A DNA stretch of 64,000 nt, taken from assembly GCA_030390025.1 (NCBI GenBank), contig CM059432.1, forward strand, positions 42,906,001-42,970,000. The letters are read 5' to 3'. Under the pieces are notes generated by a model. That model was not told the DNA's origin and searched no databases. It saw only the letters and a list, made by a program, of their open reading frames with translations. Positions 62,999 to 64,000 of this stretch are shown piece after piece. Source of the stretch: Squalus acanthias (lineage: Eukaryota). Made by a program: the position numbers and the translations under genes. Numbering within the stretch: the first letter of the stretch is position 1; every line of letters begins with the position of its first letter.

Positions 62999-63234
62999 AC
63001 TGATCTAGGAAGCAGTGTTGAATGCTTTCTAAAAAGCATTCCCTGCTTTGACTGCATGTATTACCTTTATATTGAGATAGTTAAAATCACCCAATGTTTT
63101 TGTATATTGCTGAATTATCTACAAATCTCCCTTTCTATCTCATCTGCCTGTTTGGTGGCCTGTAATGCACACTGAGAATTTCACTATTCCATTTCTATTA
63201 TATCTCTAACTCTATCCATATGCAATCCCCTAGA

Positions 63235-63912
63235 ATAGGGGTAGCCCAGATAATAAAAGATGGGATAAAGACAGTAGAGAAAAAGGATCTTAGCTCCAAA
63301 AATCATGAAGTAGAATCAGTTCGGGTGGAGCTAAGAAACAGCAAGGGGCAGAAAACATTGGTGGGAGTTGTTTATAGGCCCACAAACAGTAGTTATAATG
63401 TAGGGCAGAGTATTAATCAGGAAATTAGAGGTACATGTAGCAAGGGTAATACAGTAATTATGGGGGACCTTAATCTTCATATAGACTGGTCAACCCAAAT
63501 TTGCAGTAATAGTGTGGAGGACGAATTCATGGAATGAATACAAGATAGTTTTCTAGATCAGTATGTTGAGGAACCAACTAGGGAACAGGCTATTTTAGAT
63601 CTAGTATTGTGCAATGAGAAAGGGTTAATTAATAAGGGGCCTTTAGGGAAGAGTGACCATAATATGATAGAATTTTATACTGAGTTTGAAAGTGATTTAG
63701 TTAAATCCGAAACTAGGGTCTTAAATCTAAACAAAGCAAACTACGTAGGTATGAGGGGCGAGTTGGCTAAGGTAGATTGGGAAACTACATTAAAAGGTAT
63801 GATGGTAGACAAGCAATAGCTAGCATTTAAAGAATTAATACATAATTTACAACAAATATACATTCCTTTAAGGCACAAAAACCCCACAGGAAAAGTGGTC
63901 CAACCATGGCTA
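63235..63912 (+). mobile_element. CR1 ORF2 endonuclease fragment
   Basis: GVVYRPTNS..MGDLN..DW; LGKSDHNMIEF. Confidence 0.9.
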
Positions 63913-64000
63913 ACAACAACAACAACAACTTGTGTATATATATAGTGCCTTTAACGTAGTAAAACATCCCAAGGCGCTGCACAGGAGTATTTAAGACAAA
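63913..64000 (-). mobile_element. L2 3' tail (runs off window)
   Basis: (aac)n-ttg..tatatagtgcctttaacgtagtaaaacatcccaaggcgc, matching the L2 tails at 11170 and 20700. Confidence 0.85.

Overview
Eukaryotic, repeat-dense vertebrate DNA. The repeat repertoire (CR1, L2, Penelope, DeuSINE-type tail, many PIF/Harbinger elements) suggests a cartilaginous fish; this is inference. No intact host protein-coding gene was recognised: almost every informative ORF is a decayed transposon ORF or its antisense shadow. The window holds vertebrate CR1 LINEs (one near full length), L2 LINEs, a Vingi-like fragment, Penelope remnants with minimal hammerhead-ribozyme motifs, a two-gene Harbinger element, three copies of a non-autonomous Harbinger family, Tc1/mariner and hAT MITEs, a 1677-bp putative solo LTR, and up to five levels of nested insertion (45.6-57.7 kb). 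The most unusual signal is a CR1-clade LINE family with two head-bearing copies and three fragments. It starts with a tRNA-derived Pol III A/B-box head, has a ~350-nt structured leader and no ORF1. Its endonuclease-RT frame has no obvious in-frame AUG, and its sense strand lacks TTTT over ~3 kb. This would fit a Pol III-transcribed, SINE-headed autonomous retroposon (hypothesis). Coordinates of old, decayed elements are approximate and all comparisons were done by eye.
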